Shown here piece after piece: positions 37,792 through 49,733 of a stretch of 64,000 bases of DNA. The translations under genes and the position numbers were made by a program. The DNA comes from Blastocladiella emersonii ATCC 22665. Lineage: Eukaryota > Fungi > Blastocladiomycota. The notes under the pieces are model-generated. The model saw only the letters and a list, made by a program, of their open reading frames with translations, did no database searches and was not told the origin of the DNA. Position 1 is the first letter of the stretch. Each line of letters opens with the position of its first letter. The stretch spans positions 372,001 to 436,000 of the forward strand of contig JANHCV010000013.1 in assembly GCA_025594325.1 (NCBI GenBank), given 5' to 3'.

Positions 37792-38958
37792 TCAACAAAG
37801 CCACGACACGAAAACTGCTCGCGCAAAGTCGATAAGGAGAGCAATCAAAGCTGATGCAAGCTGCGTGTTGTTCACAAGGGCGATTTGGATTGGGATAGCT
37901 TCCACCGTGATGACTTGGGTCAGACTTGGCCAGACATCTTGCAGAGCTGAAACGAAAAGCGGGAAAACGAGTGCCTCGACCGCGGAAAGCACAATTAGCA
38001 CTCGGAAAAGACGTCGAGACCAGGCCATCAGGTTCGTCCAAGTGGTAGAGCTGCATTGCAAAACCAATATGAAGACGGAACTTATGACGATGAAGGCACA
38101 AATCAGGCAGTTGAGCCCGTATAACAGAATGACCAAGGATCGATTGTAACTGTCAAGCGATTTCCAATGGTCCCGCACGAAGCGAAGCATGTGCCATGCC
38201 AAGACGTTGGTCAATTCAGGTACCATGACCAAACAAGTCACAAACCCATAAACCGCGACTCGGGTCAACCAGTGATACTTCGGTGCAGGGTCAGATTCAG
38301 GGCGGGCCTCAGGCCTGGGGCCGCGGCAGAAAAACGAACTTAGTCTGCGGTTATCTACACAATATTATCGGCGTGTCAGTTACAAGGGAGCTGAAAGTCA
38401 AGGAATACGCCAATCAGTACCATCTTCATTCAAGGTTAAAAGAACATCCATGGGCGATGACTGATTCTCGAGTTCCAGCGAGACTAACTTGACAAAGAAC
38501 ACTATCGCCAAGTTGGTCATGCAATTGATCAAAACAATCGTGAAGTGAACCACGGGCTTATCGCCAAACGGACTGGGGCTCCTCGGCACGACCACGGCGA
38601 GAAGCCAGACAGCTTGTGCGATTTCCAACATCAACGAGACCACAATCAAGATGGTGGTGAACGTTTCGACACGTGGTTGATCCGGGCCGCCGTCGTCCTC
38701 GTCCTCGTTGGCACCAGTTTTGTTGTACATTGGCAAGCACGAGGCACACGGTGAGGACAAAAAGTACGGAAAGAGTCGTTCCTTGATCCGCGGAGTGACA
38801 TAGACCATGAGAAGCTGGAAGAAGAAGCCAAGGATCGCGACAAAAACTCCAGGCCAGCCAAGGATGATGGGATATTGCTGGATGATGGCTTCAATGCTGC
38901 GAGACGACCCGGCCGAGGCCGTAGTGTTTGCCACGAGCTGCTGCAAGTTTGGATTCAT
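37792..38958 (-). CDS. Polytopic membrane protein, in pieces or spliced; function unknown
   Basis: Two collinear lower-GC ORFs (38398-38958, 186 aa; 37792-38268, 158 aa), each with about 3 hydrophobic helices. May be one gene with an intron, or a pseudogene. Confidence 0.45.
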
Positions 38959-40339
38959 GGCTGGTATTCATGTTGTGCGGGGGGGAGCGAGGATCCCGCC
39001 CGGTGACGACCCCTTCTTTTTCTACGCGCCGCTCAACAAGGCACAGCACGGTCGCTTGCGTTGCGCATTTGCGTGCACCGCACTGTGCTGTTTACCGCAC
39101 CGCGACGTGGCACGGTGCGCTCTCTAACATCTGATGAGGTTCGCAGCAAAGCGAGCATCGAACAGCCACCGCGAAGAGCGATGCTTCTGTCAGCGCAGCC
39201 ACGCAACGCGGTGGACCCGGCTTCGCTCTGCTCACTGCGGACAAACGAGCTGAAGATCACGGACAGCCCGTGAGGTTAAGAGACTAATATTTGAGATCAA
39301 AGACGTGACAGGAAAATTAATGAGGTGGCATATGCATGCCCTAGTACATGATGGTGGCGTAGATGGGGGTGTTGAAGATGACGCGGGCGTTGAGGGACTC
39401 GAGCCCAATGACAAAAGCGTACTCGAGGGGGTTGGCCTGGAGGCCACGCGCGAGAGGATCACCTTCGCGGCGGACGAGATGAGTGTGAGCGGTTGGTGCG
39501 TGGCGAGTGGGGAGTACCCACGCGCTCAAGCGCGCCAGAAGGGATACCCAGACAAGTAATTTGTGAGCACGTCATGGACATATGTTCTAGCGCCATTTGT
39601 AGCTCAAGGAAAATGACTTGAGTCGATTAACCAAGTGGCGCTGTGCGACGCGACGCGACGCGATGCGCCACTCACGTGGCACTCTCGCCTGGTTTGACAT
39701 CATTTGCCTTTTCAAGTGATGGGAAGGCCAAAGGAGTAAAATCACTTGTTCAATGTTGTTTCATTCACGTTGGTTGCGGTACGTAGTGGTAAGCAGTGAT
39801 TATTTGTTGTTTGAGGGCGTTTCGCGTCAGGCGCACCATTTGTTGTCAACTTGTTTGGATCATATCTCCTCCTGGCCTAGAAACCCGCGGGCTCGAATGT
39901 ACGACCTCAAAGACGTCAAGTCCCATCAGCATCATTTGGCTCATCAACGACCCGTCAAGGACCCAACCTGGACATCTTTCAGCGGGAAAGCACATCACAG
40001 GGCACAATAACTTCATTTATATCCTTTAAAGCGGAAGAGACCCCCGTTTCCGTCGTGTACAAGGAGTTGGTACTCTACTTCAAACTTTCGGGTAGCTCAT
40101 CACCAAACCGCGCCTGCTGAGGCCCCATGGATCCAGGGTGGATCCACCTCGAGCCTTCCAGCGCTGGATCCAGCATTAATCTAGCGCTGGATCCAGATTT
40201 CGCAGACTGGACCCACCATCATGAAAGGTGGATCCAGCCTTGACTGAGATGAGCTGGAATGAGCTTCGCGGCGACCTGGATCGAGACGTTGATCCATTTT
40301 CTTGAAAGTCGACCCACACCTTGATCCACGCGCCCTGGA

Positions 40340-41145
40340 TCAACTTGTTGTAAATGTAGTTCTAGGCGTCGATCTACGTCTATATCCAACTCTTGCGCAG
40401 GCAGAACCAGGAGCTGATCGACGGTGAACATGGTGGTGAAGGAACTCGTGCGAAAATGCATCGAAATGGTCGCAACGACCCAGAAAAGCATTTGAGGGAG
40501 CCGAACGCAACTCGACGTGTTCGTGCTGCTGCAGGATGAGCTTGAGCCCGTCACCAAACGTCGTGTTCGCGGAAGGATCGCGGTGGTCCACAAAATCGAG
40601 CGAGTTGGCGATCTGCGGCATCATGAGCAGCGTGAGGCTCGCAGCGTCGTCGTACACGTTGATCAGGTACTCGGTGTACCCGCCCTGGTGCGCCGACGAT
40701 GGCCGGTTCCCGTTCGGCGCGACGTGAAGGAAGGCCGAGATGGCCGACAGCGGCACGATGTGGAATTCGCACGTGGCGGGTTGCGTGGGACGGAGAGCAA
40801 CCGTCTGCCCGGCGTTAAGGCCCGGCGGAACGACGTGCGGCACCGACTGGTAGAGGTGGAACCGCTCGACGAGCGTGAGCTCAAGTTCAATGTCGTCCAA
40901 CTTAGGTCAGAGGGCCAGGTGCGCGGATACCGCTTGGCGACGCGCACCCGAGGCCATCAGCAAGCTCGAAGTCTTAACTGAGACTCATAAAGCTTCAAGA
41001 TGCGAAAGCTCTCACGACCGCCGTTACGACTCTTCACGCGAGGGGAGCGCTGCGGCGCGGCTTGCTCGCCGACCAGGTCCGTCTCGGTCCACTTCCAAAG
41101 CTCACGGCACGGCCACACGCTTGCAGCGAGTGATTCATGGATCAT
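40340..41145 (-). pseudogene. Plavaka/CACTA-like transposase C-terminal remnant (unit 1)
   Basis: RVAKR|LDDIELELTLVERFH...HIVPLSAISAFLHVAP...YTEYLINVYDD resembles the C-terminal pattern I recall for fungal Plavaka-type transposases (RVAQV..LA.VEWF...I.R..HL.P...F..N.Y.D). No DDE core seen. Confidence 0.5.
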
Positions 41146-44100
41146 TCATAGAGTGCGACGTCGCGGTACCGTCGCCGGGAGGAGAGAGCGCGGCGCTGCA
41201 GCGAAGCGCGAGCCGCAAAACGCGTCGAAGCCAACGCCACGTGAGCGCGTCGATCGTTTCAGCCGCGTTCGCTTTTCGCGGACTTCGCGCCGCGGCGGCT
41301 CGCACTCTCTCGCCCCACCACCAACAGCGCATCCGCCCAGCGCCGCCACGCGTCCGCGGCACGGTGACCCCACGGTACGCGTCTCTCCCCTTCTCCGAGG
41401 TCTCTCGCTCCTCGCGACGTGCATCCACAGCCATGCCTCGAGACCCGCGATACGCCCTGCACGCTTCGGCGGGTCTTGCGCCTGCTGCGCTTGATGCTCG
41501 CGCCGCGTTCCCACGCCCTCCGCGCCGGCTGTCCGTTCGCTCGCTCGCTGACGCGTCACACGGTCACCTTGCTCTCTTTCGTAGCCTTCGAGATGTACAT
41601 CAAGCTGCAGCAGCGCTCGTGGGGGCCGTCGTGACGCACCCGCGTCGATCCTGACCATGGTCGCGACAAGGTGCGCCGTGTGCGGCTCGGTCTCCTGCTC
41701 CCACGGGCCGAGACTCACATGTTCGCGAACTCCATCGGTAGGACGCCAAGTACGCCAAGCGGCTACGACACGCGCCGCGCCTTCGCCCGCCAGGCCAACT
41801 CGTGTGCGACGCGCTCAAGGCTACACGGTACGGGCCTTCTCCTTCGCGTTCTCGGCGTGATTTGCGCTGATCGTGGGCACGGACAGGCTCCGAGCTCCCG
41901 AGCGACATCGCTCGTGTCGTCGGCCCAGATCCTGGCGACGCGGCCCGTCCGTTCGCGCCATGTGTATACTTCGCCCGATCCCTTGCTCACTTGTCTCCGC
42001 CACGTCACCCATAGCCTCGGTCAACCACGACAAGCCTCAACGGTGCCCCAGAACACGCGGCGAGGTCTCGCTGCTCGGGTCGTCGCTGGTCTCAAGCACG
42101 CGCCTGGCTGCACGTGCGAGTCCGAGTTCGAGGTACGCGACTCGGTCGGCGTGCTCGCGGACCGAGACTGACACGGTCGACTCGAGTAGGTTATCCAATA
42201 CGTCAAGCTGCAGCGGTAAGGGTCGCCTCGTCGTCCGCCCTTGTGGCGCGCGCGAGGTCATGCGGCGTCGATCTCATACACCCGCATCAAGGACTGGAAC
42301 CTCAAGTACAAGCTCGGGATCAAGGATATCGAGGCGTTTGGGAAGGAGGTACGCGGACGCGGTGTGGGTCGCCGCGGTGGCAGTTGCTGATGCCGCTTCC
42401 GTGTCGCTCACCAAGGCCCTGCAGACGATCCGCAAGCCGTTCAAGGAGAAGACGGAGTGGGTCGACCTCGTGCAGGCGGCCGCCGACAACTCGTGCATCA
42501 TCACCAACAAGGTCGGCGAAAAGAAGTCGCTTACCAAGCAGTGGCTGGTCGGCGAGGCGCCCGAGGAGCTCCACCGCGCCACGCTGGCCATGGTCGACGA
42601 GTACGACGACGCCGAGCTCGACATGGATTTCGCCGACACCGACCTCGATGCGGCGATGTCGGTCCGCGCGTGCCGTGGTGCTCACCCGCTGTACGTGTCC
42701 TTCCTCGACCGACTCCTCTTTGGGCAGGCGAACGACATGGCCAACGCTCGAGGCTCGAACCAGTCGTCGCACGGTACGGCTTTGCTCACCAAGTCGCACT
42801 CGATCCCGTTGTGGTGAATGGTCGTGCCGCGTGGCTCAGCGCGAGACGTTTCGAGTCAAGCCACGTCCCACGCGACGCGTTTCCCACCGCGTGACGCGAC
42901 GCCACTCGGACGCGTTCCCCCTCCTCGTCACCGCTGCGTGACGCGTCAACTCGGCCGCGGGCCTCGAACCGAGCCTTCTCTCCGTCTGCTGTTCTACGAA
43001 TCACACGTAACAGTCGATCGGAGCGTCGGTTCGGAGCTCGAGTGCTCACGTCGTTCGCCGCGCAGATTCTGTACTAGACCTCTTGCAGTACCTCTCGGTC
43101 CCCGGTCCCCCAACACCGTCGCTCACGTTCCGCACTGTAGCCAAGCTCATGGCCGGCTACGCGATTGTCAACGACCTCAAGCTGCTCGACATCAAAAAGC
43201 CCTTCCCGATCGACGGGTCAAGTCCGGTGTGGCGCATCATGGCCGCGGTCGCTGTCCTTGTACGTTTTGCTCTTGCAATCTGCCGGGTTCCTCCGTTCGC
43301 CTTCGCCCTCTCTTATTTCACCGCGATGCACGCTCGCCTCTTTCTAGTGTGCATGGCGCATCACTGGGAGCGCGTACCATCAAGGTATCATCGTCGGCCT
43401 GACCAAGGAGGACGCCAAGGTGACGCTCGCCGACTACTACGAAGCCTTCCTCGCCTCGAGCACGGGCACGGTTTCCGTCGCCAAGCGCGTCTACCTGGCC
43501 TCGCAGCTCCGCGCGCTGTTCAACACGCCCGTCCCCGCACCCCAGCCCTCCAATTGGCAGCCAACGAAATGGTGGCTTGACAAGCTCCAACTGGCAGCCA
43601 ACGCTTCTGGTCGACCCTGTCCAATTGGAACCCAACGTCCGGCCAACTCTATTTGTTGAAATGCTGCTCCCCGGGGATATCATAAGTTTGCACAGACCTA
43701 ATAAAAATTCTGGTTCAGTGTCAGGTCGTTCTGGATTCATTTGCGTCGCGAGCTTTCAAGCAGAGTTTGCTGGATGGCTCTCACTGATGGCAACACTGAT
43801 GTGATACCCGTTTCCGCGAGCGCGGCTGCTGCAGCTCGTCCGAGTATACAAAAGGACGTGAGGTAGCATGGCGCGTAGTCCAATGCTGTACGGCACGTGC
43901 GCGTCAAGGGAGCGCGGAGCGGAGAGTTGTTTGCAGCTGAGCTGCGCCTTGGACCTCAAGTTCAGCTTCGGCGATACGCGTACGCCAAACATGCTTTATG
44001 CTCGCAAATGCCGCTCTAAGCGATGCTCGCCGCAGCGGGGAGTGTGAGGCGGAATGCAAAGAGCTCACGCTGGTGGCCGTTAGTGCGATGGAAAGACGCA

Positions 44101-44532
44101 ACAAGCGACGCTTCTAAGACAGTACGACAGCGGCTAGTGTTCCTTGGTACCACCCGAGTTCAAGATGCGATGGGCGAGTACGTTGAGAACATTGGCTCTG
44201 AAGCTTTTGTCAATCTCTTGCTCGCCGAGCGCCTGGAAAGTGTACCTGATGCGCGCCGTCGCGTCGGCGAGCGCCGCGGGGACGAGCGCGCGAAGCGGGA
44301 CACGTAAACGAATCCGCTTGCGTATCCGAAAACTCAACACCGGCTCCGAGGCGCTTAACGCAGCTGAGCGACTCGTTGCGTTGCAGCCAGAACTAAAGTA
44401 ACCGGGTGCGGATCGGCAGCTGGCCAGAGAGCGCACAAAGCTGTAAGCTCATGAGCGACTTCGTAGCAAGCGGCTCGCTAGGGCTGGCGCGGCGCGGTCT
44501 GCCTTGCGGCGCGATGCCGAGTGCTGGAACGC

Positions 44533-44574
44533 CAATAACCGCGGCGCAATAACCGCGGCGCAATAACCGCGGCG
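44533..44574. repeat. Three copies of a 14-bp tandem repeat
   Basis: CAATAACCGCGGCG x3. Confidence 0.9.
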
Positions 44575-46578
44575 CTTGCGTTGTGCAGGAGCGCGCTATA
44601 AACTGCGAGTAGACGCCCAGTAAACGATCCAGCATATCGCACGTCGCCGCCGCCGCGGCACTCATAGTCAGGGTCAAAAAGCGACGCGAGGCAGTACGGT
44701 CCGCACTCCAAGTGTTGCGCGGCGCGCGCGCGTCAACGGAGGAACGCACGGTCGGTCGCTCGCGCCAAATGGCGGCAGGGCAACAACTCATAGGGCCATT
44801 GTCATGCTTCCGCAATCGGGCTGCAGTGTGAGCGCTATACGCGCTCCTGGACGTCGCTCGAGGCGATGGCCGTTGCGGCGAGGAGCCCAAGGCGCGGGTC
44901 GATGCGCTTGTGCAGGTGGCCGTACGTCTGCTTGAGCTACGGAATGAGCGGTGCGTCCACGAGGCAGTTGGCGGTGGGTTTGATGCGGTTTGAGCGGAAG
45001 AGCTGCTCAAAGTGCAAGCCAGCGGTGCTGGTGCGGAGTCCAATTCCAATTTCGTCCTCACAGACGGCCGCAAGGACGTTTCCGATGTGAGTACCTGTGG
45101 CCCCAATCGCCGCGGGGGCGAACGTATGCGATGCGAAGCACGAGTGCGCGTGCGTTTGCGTGTCAGTGACCTTGCTACCAAATTTGAGGCACTCAGCGAC
45201 TTGCAACGGTGCGGCTAGTGCCAGTTTACGCGGCAAAAGGCAAGGAATTAGGCGGAGCTGGTAGTTTGGAAGCGCGTCTCGTGGCGAATGAATCGCGCTT
45301 GGGCGATTGGCGCCTGCCGCCCCGAAATACGATAACGAACGCTGGAACGTTGATGAGCGCGTCGGCGGCGGTCGCGGCCGCAGACAAGGGGAGCACTGAG
45401 TCGTGCCACGCGCCGTGTACGCGGCGAAAGTTGCGTCGTAGCTCCGACTTGAGGTCGCATCCGCGCAAACGCACTGCAAAGAACATTCCCACATCCGTGC
45501 GGATGGCGGCTGCTACGTCTATTGGAAAAAGCACGGCGGTGCCTATTACGGAGAGCCTATCAGCTTTCCAGTTGCTCAACTTCCAAGCATGACCGCGAAT
45601 CTGCATGAAGGCAACCTGGAGTCCGCGTACCACCACAATCTAGCGGCAACGCTCAACTCAAAGGCGCACGTTGCGCAAACTCGCACCTTCTGAGAAAGCG
45701 AAAGCATCTTTACGGCCGAGTCAGCGAAACTTTTGTTCTCGAGCTAGGAGGTGAACCCGACAACGCGCGATTGGACAGTTTGGCCAAGGCGCGACTCATC
45801 CAAACACAGGTTTTGTGCCTGGTTTCTAGCGCCACATTTGAGGCGCTTTGAGTTTTCATGTTGTGTACTTACTTGAGTTGCACGGAGGGTTCGCCGCACG
45901 TTGTCCGGCGACGTAGTCTCGGTGCCAGACCGTGCGGATCCAGCTGGCCAGAGCGGTCGCGTGGGGGTCACGTTTCCGGAGTCACATGACCGCGCCCTGC
46001 ACGGCGCGTCTCTCGTACGGTCTGGTTGCAGTTTGCTCGGCCCAGAAGCGATCTGCGCTCTAAACCTCCTGCTCCCGCACCCCTTACCCGATCGGCTTTA
46101 TATGCATATCAATCGACGCGTCTCTGCAAGGGCTACACGCTCGTATTAATCACAAACCTTGATTCCGCGCCGCTGAGGAGTTAGGCTTGATCGAAGGCCG
46201 CGGCCCTGTGGTAGCCGCTCGAGCGCGGGCCCTCGCGGCGCCGCCCTCACTCCCCGCGACATGAACTTCACAACTAAGGCAATACGTGAGTACAACAAGC
46301 TTCTGGCTTTATTCTGACACCCATGGATGTGAAAAATATGTGGTCGGAGCGATGATTGAGCGGGGAGGAGCCGCGCGGCCTCGCGCCCCACTCTCAAGGC
46401 CCGATCCTTGGGCGGGATAATGAGAATCCGAGCTCCTCCTGATTCATGAGCATTGAATGCGTCGACCTCGGTCAAGGGGACTGGTGTTGGACGAAGTGAT
46501 GCGGGCCAAGTCGCGCGGCGCCCACCGCGTTCGCTCTCTCCAATATAGCTCCACGAATGCACCTCCATGTGAGCTGCT

Positions 46579-49528
46579 ATGCAACCTAACCTATTGCAAC
46601 CGACATTTATGACCAAGAAATCTCGCAGGTCGACGGCGGCCGCCCCTTTGGCAAGCTCGTCTGACGCGGCACCGTCCGCCGGGAGTGGAACGAGCGGTGG
46701 TCGTCCCCCTGACCCTGTACAGTCGATGGGCGACCGGACGCGACTCGACTCGGAGCCTCGTCGATGGTTCTTGCGTCGCATGGTCCAACCGATTCCGCGG
46801 GACCCGCCCTGGAAACCTCTTGATCGTCAGTTGCTCGCGAGGGCCGCCTTGGCGCGTCTCACGCCAGATGACCTTCGCCAGGGCTACATCGACTTGTGTG
46901 CGGATCTGGATCCGACTGGTGCGAATACTAAGCTTGCCGTCCTTCCAAATGCGACCAAGGAGTCGGTTACTCGCGAGTGGGGTGAGCTGCTTGAGTTGAT
47001 CGATACATCCATTGACCGCGATCCAGTCGCCGAGGCCATCCCGCTTCTTCATGCCGAGCTCGAACGATTCAACAAAGCGTCCGCCAACGACCTGAAGCTT
47101 GGCACAAAGCTCGACTTTGAGGCGCTCAACGTGGGCGATATCGCCCAGCGCTGCGCGAACATCTGCCCTCAGCTTTATAGAATACTCAAAGCTATCAGCA
47201 CCCCTCCGCGTAAACAATCAGCGGCTCGCCCTTTGACGCCAGCTTCTGACGAATCGGCTAGTTCCTTCGATTCGGACGAGTCCGACTCGCCGCCCGCGCA
47301 ATCCAAGCGCGCTGGGACATCCACAATCGTAACGCCCGCCATGCTTTCGTACATGTTCATTATCACGACGCTCAACTTCCTCCTGCATGGCCACTCCTCT
47401 GCGCTGCACCTGGCGCTCGGAATGATGCTCGATTACCTCAGTGGGGCTTCACGCGCAGTCATTAAAATCCTCAACAAGCTGAAGGTTACAGCGTCCGACT
47501 GGTCTAACCATCGGAGCCTCAACCTTGCGGCCACGAGCGCCAGGGGCGCGGTGAAGAAGCTCCTCGCTGATCCGAAAGCGCTTGTCGTGATTGCCATGGA
47601 CAATGTCAATGTTTACCAGTCTCCATCTGAATCGACCTCGATTCACGGTTCGGTCATGCACAATTGGACTCTTGTCCTGTCCTTTGAGGTCCCAAAGCCG
47701 TGCGACTTCGCGTTCACGCCCGAGCAGCTCTCGCTTCGAAATGCCCTGCTTCGCGCACACGATACGCCGGCTATGCGAACGCCTGGCTCCCCTACTTACT
47801 CTCTCAAGGCCATTCTGGAGCCTCCGGCAGACCGCTCGGCCCGCCTTCAGCGCGCTCGGCGCGAAATTGCGCATTACATTTCGAGCAATGATGGGCCAGC
47901 GGCCGACCTTGGCCACGCTCGGGTTCTTGGCCACGCTGCCTTTGCGCTTCCCGCCAATACAGCTCCCGCAGTCACACTTCCGGTTGTGATCCGCGTGGTC
48001 GAGATTCTTAACCTGAACGAAGGCGAGCGGTCTGGCATGATCAACGTGTTGGACGAGGTGCTGCGACTCGTTGGTCGCCACCCGACGCAGCCCATCTTTG
48101 GTGATGGCGGAACCTTTCTCATGCAATGGGCCGCAAAGGCCGCTCGACAGTACTGCGGCTTTGGAGGGGATTTGAGCACCATTGTGCCCATCACCTCGGA
48201 CTGGCACACGATGTTCAACTTCGTTGCTGCGATTGTGAACCGCTTCTGGGGTGAGCCCACCGACCAGCTGTCCATCTCGTGGTACAAACAGCTTACTCAG
48301 CGCAAGGAACTCAAACGTGCCAAGATTACGTATCACGCCGGCATGCGGATCATCGACGAGCTGGTACGCCTCCCTGAGCTGCTGAAACTAGGAACAGGTT
48401 GGATCTTGACATGTGCTTGTACGTCCCCGAAAGCTTGAGTGTCATTTGCGTGCGCTCTTCAAGCTTGAGCTTGCCGAGCTCAAGCGTGCTCGAGGTCTGA
48501 CTGACTCGGACCCGTACAAGCTCTCTGTCAACGATGTTGCTGTTGTGATCGACAAGATCATGACCAACTGGGTGTACTATAAAACACCGCACGTCTTGCT
48601 CGCGCATTTCAGCTTTCGTGGAACCCACTAATCAACGTCCCGTCTTTCATTTAGCGCCGATCTCCATTTCTACAGCAATAATCCCCTCGCGTCGAAGCGT
48701 GGTTCCGGCTCCTCGAGCAAGGAAACCATTCCCATGCCCGCGAGTGCCCAGCAACACATTTTTCTTGGCGAGTTCTTGCAGGCCGCGCTCCTCCTCCGCA
48801 ATTTCAGCAAAATGGTGCGCGCTGGCGACGGTCCCGCCCTGGTTCGGCTCCAGCGACCGCTTCTCGCCGCGTTTCTTGGCTCGGACCACAAGATTTACCA
48901 GCGCGCCATCATGAGCGAGCTCCGTGGTCAGGCTGGCGCCTATTTCGAGTACGACCGCCTGCTCTCCACTCACCTCCGCTCTGTGCATCCCGCCAAATCG
49001 GAATCGGGCACCTGTCGCCCGATTGATCACCACGTCGAGGAACACGTCCGTGTTGTCAAGATCGGGGTCAAGAGCGCAGGCGCGAACGTTACCTTTGACA
49101 GCGCGGCCAATTTGGTCCACGCCATGCCCAAGCTTAAGGCCATCGAGTCGACGTTCAACAACGTGTGCGCGATTTCTCCACCGTCCGCTTACCATAAGCG
49201 TGCTCGCGACAAGGCCCGTGCTCCGGCTGTCGACCTGATCTATTCGCGCCTTATCGACCCGAAACCCATGCACGATGGTACCGTCAAGGCGTTCAGCATC
49301 ATTGGGCGGCAGCGAATGGGAGACGCCAGCCTCATGGTAGATCTCTGGGACTACTCGGACGTGACGAAGAAGCATCCCATGCCGGGGTCGAGTCTTGCAT
49401 CTGTTGCTGCGGGGCAAGGCGAGCAGAGTAGCACCAACTCGGACGAGCTCCTCGCTTTCCCTCACCCCGAGGAGGAAATCATTGAAATCGAGTTGTCTGG
49501 GCTCGACAAGGATAGCGACGAATTTTAA
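46579..49528 (+). CDS. Academ/DUF6589-type DDE transposase (three exons)
   Basis: VIAMDNVN (D1), IFGDGGT (D2), ITSDWH (conserved H), RPIDHHVEEHVRVVK (E). Intron 48364-48433 joins IIDEL|LECHLRALF in frame; a second intron (about 48572-48675) leads to ORF 48734-49528. Confidence 0.8.
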
Positions 49529-49733
49529 GAGCAATACATATGAATTTTCCATCGTTCCGCGGACGCGCGCGCCTCGGCGAGTGAAGTGAGAAGTGTCTCG
49601 CAGCAGTCACGTGTTTGATCGACGCGTCTCGCACGCGCACGAACCGAGACACTCGGTCGCAAAAATTAACTCAAACTCGACGAATCAAGAATAAATGATG
49701 ATAGAAGCCTTTTATTTGGGCTAGATGCATGGC

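Noticed and set aside
43800-45640. Degenerate minus-strand ORF pieces inside element B as its transposase
   Set aside because: Many stops and frameshifts, and no DDE or other family motif I could recognise.
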